A model generated the notes under the pieces. That model made no database searches. It had not been told where the DNA came from and saw only the letters and a list, made by a program, of their open reading frames with translations. Positions 35,422 to 37,481 of a DNA stretch of 37,481 nucleotides are shown piece after piece. This DNA comes from Candidatus Moraniibacteriota bacterium. Lineage in GTDB: Bacteria; Patescibacteriota; Minisyncoccia; JAHIHE01; DAOVOJ01. A program made the translations under genes and the position numbers. The first letter of the stretch is position 1. Each line of letters begins with the position of its first letter. Where the stretch lies: the NCBI GenBank assembly GCA_030629775.1, contig DAOVOJ010000001.1, positions 1 through 37,481 on the forward strand. Reading direction: 5' to 3'.

Positions 35422-35494
35422 GCCCTTATAGCTCAATTGGTAGAGCAGTTGCCTCTTAAGCAAACGGTTCCAGGTTCAAGTCCTGGTGGGGGCA
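35422..35494 (+). tRNA. tRNA-Lys (anticodon CTT)
   Basis: Cloverleaf: gccctta/tgggggc acceptor, gctc/gagc D stem, gttgc-ctCTTaa-gcaaa, and ccagg-ttcaagt-cctgg. Confidence 0.85.
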
Positions 35495-35702
35495 CAGCGA
35501 TGTATAAGGTTTGTTGATTTTCTTATAATTTTTCTCTTGAGAGAGCTGTGGGGGGGGGCGTATTAAAGTTTAAATTTTTAATTTCTAATTCTTTAATTTT
35601 TAAACAGTAAGAAAAAGAAAACTAAAGATTCAAAAAGTTTAAAAATTTGAAATTAAGAATTAATTAAAAATTACAAAATTTAAAATTGGAAATTTATTCA
35701 AC

Positions 35703-35729
35703 ACACCCCTGCCCCTCTTAAGAGGGGAT
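35703..35729 (-). repeat. Degenerate G-box in inverted orientation
   Basis: acacccctgcccctcttaagagggga is the reverse complement of tcccctcttaagaggggcaggggtgt. Confidence 0.5.
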
Positions 35730-35734
35730 TGTTA

Positions 35735-37480
35735 TTATTCAAGATAATAAATAAAAATAGAATAGCCGATTTTGGTGACGGGCTCGTGATTTTCCAGCAG
35801 ATACTCGTAAGAGGGCTGGTTTTTTGTTTGTTTGTAATGCTTGCTCATCTGGAGGAAGGTGGCGCTGATGGCTATCCATCCATCAGTGGGTCCGTATTCG
35901 GAATGCCATTCTACAAACTTGTCGCCGAGATAATATTCCGGCACTCCGCCGCCGAAGTAATCAACTTTGATTTTCTCAATTGGTTTGTTGCTTAGGCTGG
36001 CGCATAAATTGTTTTGTGTTGCGTCGCCGATATTATCGCAACTCTCATTATAATCATCAACCCATTTGTCCAGTCTTTTTAGATCTTGTCCCCAATCCAA
36101 ATTAGAATCGGTCAGATAAATATAGCCTTTGTCCGGTCCGCCGATCAACTCGTTGAAGTAAGCTAGGTAAGAAGGATAAATACTTAAATTGGCGAGAAGA
36201 TACCAGCCCAGAAGAACAGAAAGCAGGGCGTGAGAAGTAAGGCGTATAAATTTTCTTTTTTGTTTATTTATTAAATCTAACAATTGAACAATTTGTCCGG
36301 CGACCAAAATATAAATAAACGGCAGGATGGGCAGCATATAGCGGATGCCAATGTTAAGTTTGCCGGTAATGCCCGCCAAAGCGAAAGTGACAATAATACC
36401 GAACATCGCTATTTCGGCGAGATGTTTCCATGAGTAGGAGAAGAGGTTATTGAATAAGGTTTTAATTTTTTTAATTATCGCGGGAATAGCGGGCTTTGTA
36501 GGGACGGGTTTGAAACTCGTCCCTACAATCCAAGCGGTTTTTAAAGTCTTACACAAAAAGAAGGTCAGGGTAATTAAAATCAAAATATGCAAAGCTAGCG
36601 GGATTTTGATCAGGAAAGCGACGGGGAAATAATACCACCAGCCCTGATTGGAAAATTCACCCATCAGAAAAGTGGTGTGTCCCCATTCAACATGAGACAG
36701 AACCATTGCCAGTCCCAGAAAATATTGCGAGTAGGGCCGCAAGATCGGATTGTCGGCGGTCTGATGGAGAATGTCAAGATCAAATTCCTGCTTAAATAAT
36801 TCTATTGTGGGAGGTAAGGAAGCGCTGATCAGCTGATGCTGTTTTTCAATCGGATAATTTGCCATAATCGCCTGATAAGATACTCCGACCAATAAATAAG
36901 CGATGACGAAAATAAGAAAAAGCGAGCCGAGATAAAAACCGCTGAGTTTGAGGCGCTTTATTATTTTAGAACGCATCCCTACCTTTTTTTGAGAGGGGAA
37001 TAATTTTTTAGTGAAAATAGCGATTAAAGTAACGATTCCGAAAAAGGGAAGTAAGAGAATGGCGGAATATTTTGCCAGTTCCGCCAGTCCCAATGTTAAA
37101 CCGGCGATTATCAAATTTTTCCAACCGGGTTTTTTAATGAATTTGATAAAATAATAAAGGGCGATAAATAGAAAAACCGTGACGCCCAAATCGGTGGTTA
37201 CGAAACGGCTGTGGGTAATAATGGTAGGGGAGAAGGCGTATAAAAATAAAGCCAGGAGCGCGGCTTTTCGGTTGTAAAGTTCCGCGGTCCACTTGTAAAG
37301 AAAAAATCCCAAAAGGAGCATTAGCAAAATTTCCGGAATTCGGGAAGCGAAAAGAATTTTGTCGGCGTTGTTGCCGATATGATAAATAAACTGCCAACCG
37401 GCCTCCCATTGTCCGTTTGGCTCTATCGCCCAAGCGATATGATCAGAGGGAAATTTCAGATCCATAAAAACAAGCGGCAC
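35735..37480 (-). CDS. GT39/GT83-type (PMT/ArnT-like) membrane glycosyltransferase, N-terminus off the right edge
   Basis: More than 581 aa with many TM helices. The N-terminal region ...LYNRKAALLALFLYAFSPTIITHSRFVTTDLGV... is typical of lipid-carrier-dependent glycosyltransferases, and a soluble C-terminal domain follows. Confidence 0.75.
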   Translation of the reverse strand: MPLVFMDLKFPSDHIAWAIEPNGQWEAGWQFIYHIGNNADKILFASRIPEILLMLLLGFFLYKWTAELYNRKAALLALFLYAFSPTIITHSRFVTTDLGVTVFLFIALYYFIKFIKKPGWKNLIIAGLTLGLAELAKYSAILLLPFFGIVTLIAIFTKKLFPSQKKVGMRSKIIKRLKLSGFYLGSLFLIFVIAYLLVGVSYQAIMANYPIEKQHQLISASLPPTIELFKQEFDLDILHQTADNPILRPYSQYFLGLAMVLSHVEWGHTTFLMGEFSNQGWWYYFPVAFLIKIPLALHILILITLTFFLCKTLKTAWIVGTSFKPVPTKPAIPAIIKKIKTLFNNLFSYSWKHLAEIAMFGIIVTFALAGITGKLNIGIRYMLPILPFIYILVAGQIVQLLDLINKQKRKFIRLTSHALLSVLLGWYLLANLSIYPSYLAYFNELIGGPDKGYIYLTDSNLDWGQDLKRLDKWVDDYNESCDNIGDATQNNLCASLSNKPIEKIKVDYFGGGVPEYYLGDKFVEWHSEYGPTDGWIAISATFLQMSKHYKQTKNQPSYEYLLENHEPVTKIGYSIFIYYLE

Positions 37481-37481
37481 G

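Overview
This is a low-GC bacterial chromosome segment. Its gene content and repeat load look like a small-genome uncultivated lineage such as CPR/Patescibacteria, but that is an inference I cannot verify without a search.

The left third is a complete F0F1 ATP synthase operon on the minus strand (atpB-E-F-H-A-G-D-C). A partial prmC precedes it. The operon is unusual in two ways: extra small ORFs interrupt it, and hairpin repeats fill almost every intercistronic spacer.

Next come a ComEC-type MBL protein, rny-ymdB, hup and tRNA-Pro. Directly 3' of tRNA-Pro lies a composite island of about 9.4 kb (14037..23398). It is bounded by repeats of the tRNA 3' end and by a pair of ~100-nt direct repeats. 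It is visibly more AT-rich than its flanks and lacks the host repeat families.

The island carries:
- an alpha/beta hydrolase;
- a methylase-nuclease-methylase operon;
- a LexA-like S24 repressor, an 83-aa ORF and a 1190-aa protein with a nuclease-like N-terminus, a long TPR array and a PIN-like C-terminus. I consider this three-gene module the best candidate for an undescribed defence or conflict system.

The right half holds housekeeping genes: HD hydrolase, pcm, mltG, thyX-like, glyA, an Fn3-repeat surface protein, a DEAD-box helicase, a PP-loop ATPase with two DUF523/TudS-like proteins, tRNA-His/Arg/Lys and a GT39-type glycosyltransferase.

Two repeat families pervade the non-island DNA:
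1. Hairpin elements with TGTCATYC...GRATGACA termini. One copy encloses a GIY-YIG nuclease gene and may be the autonomous member.
2. A C-rich hairpin followed by a four-tract G-run box. Two copies lie in frame inside prmC.

All family calls rest on motif recognition by eye. No database search, fold prediction or composition calculation was possible.
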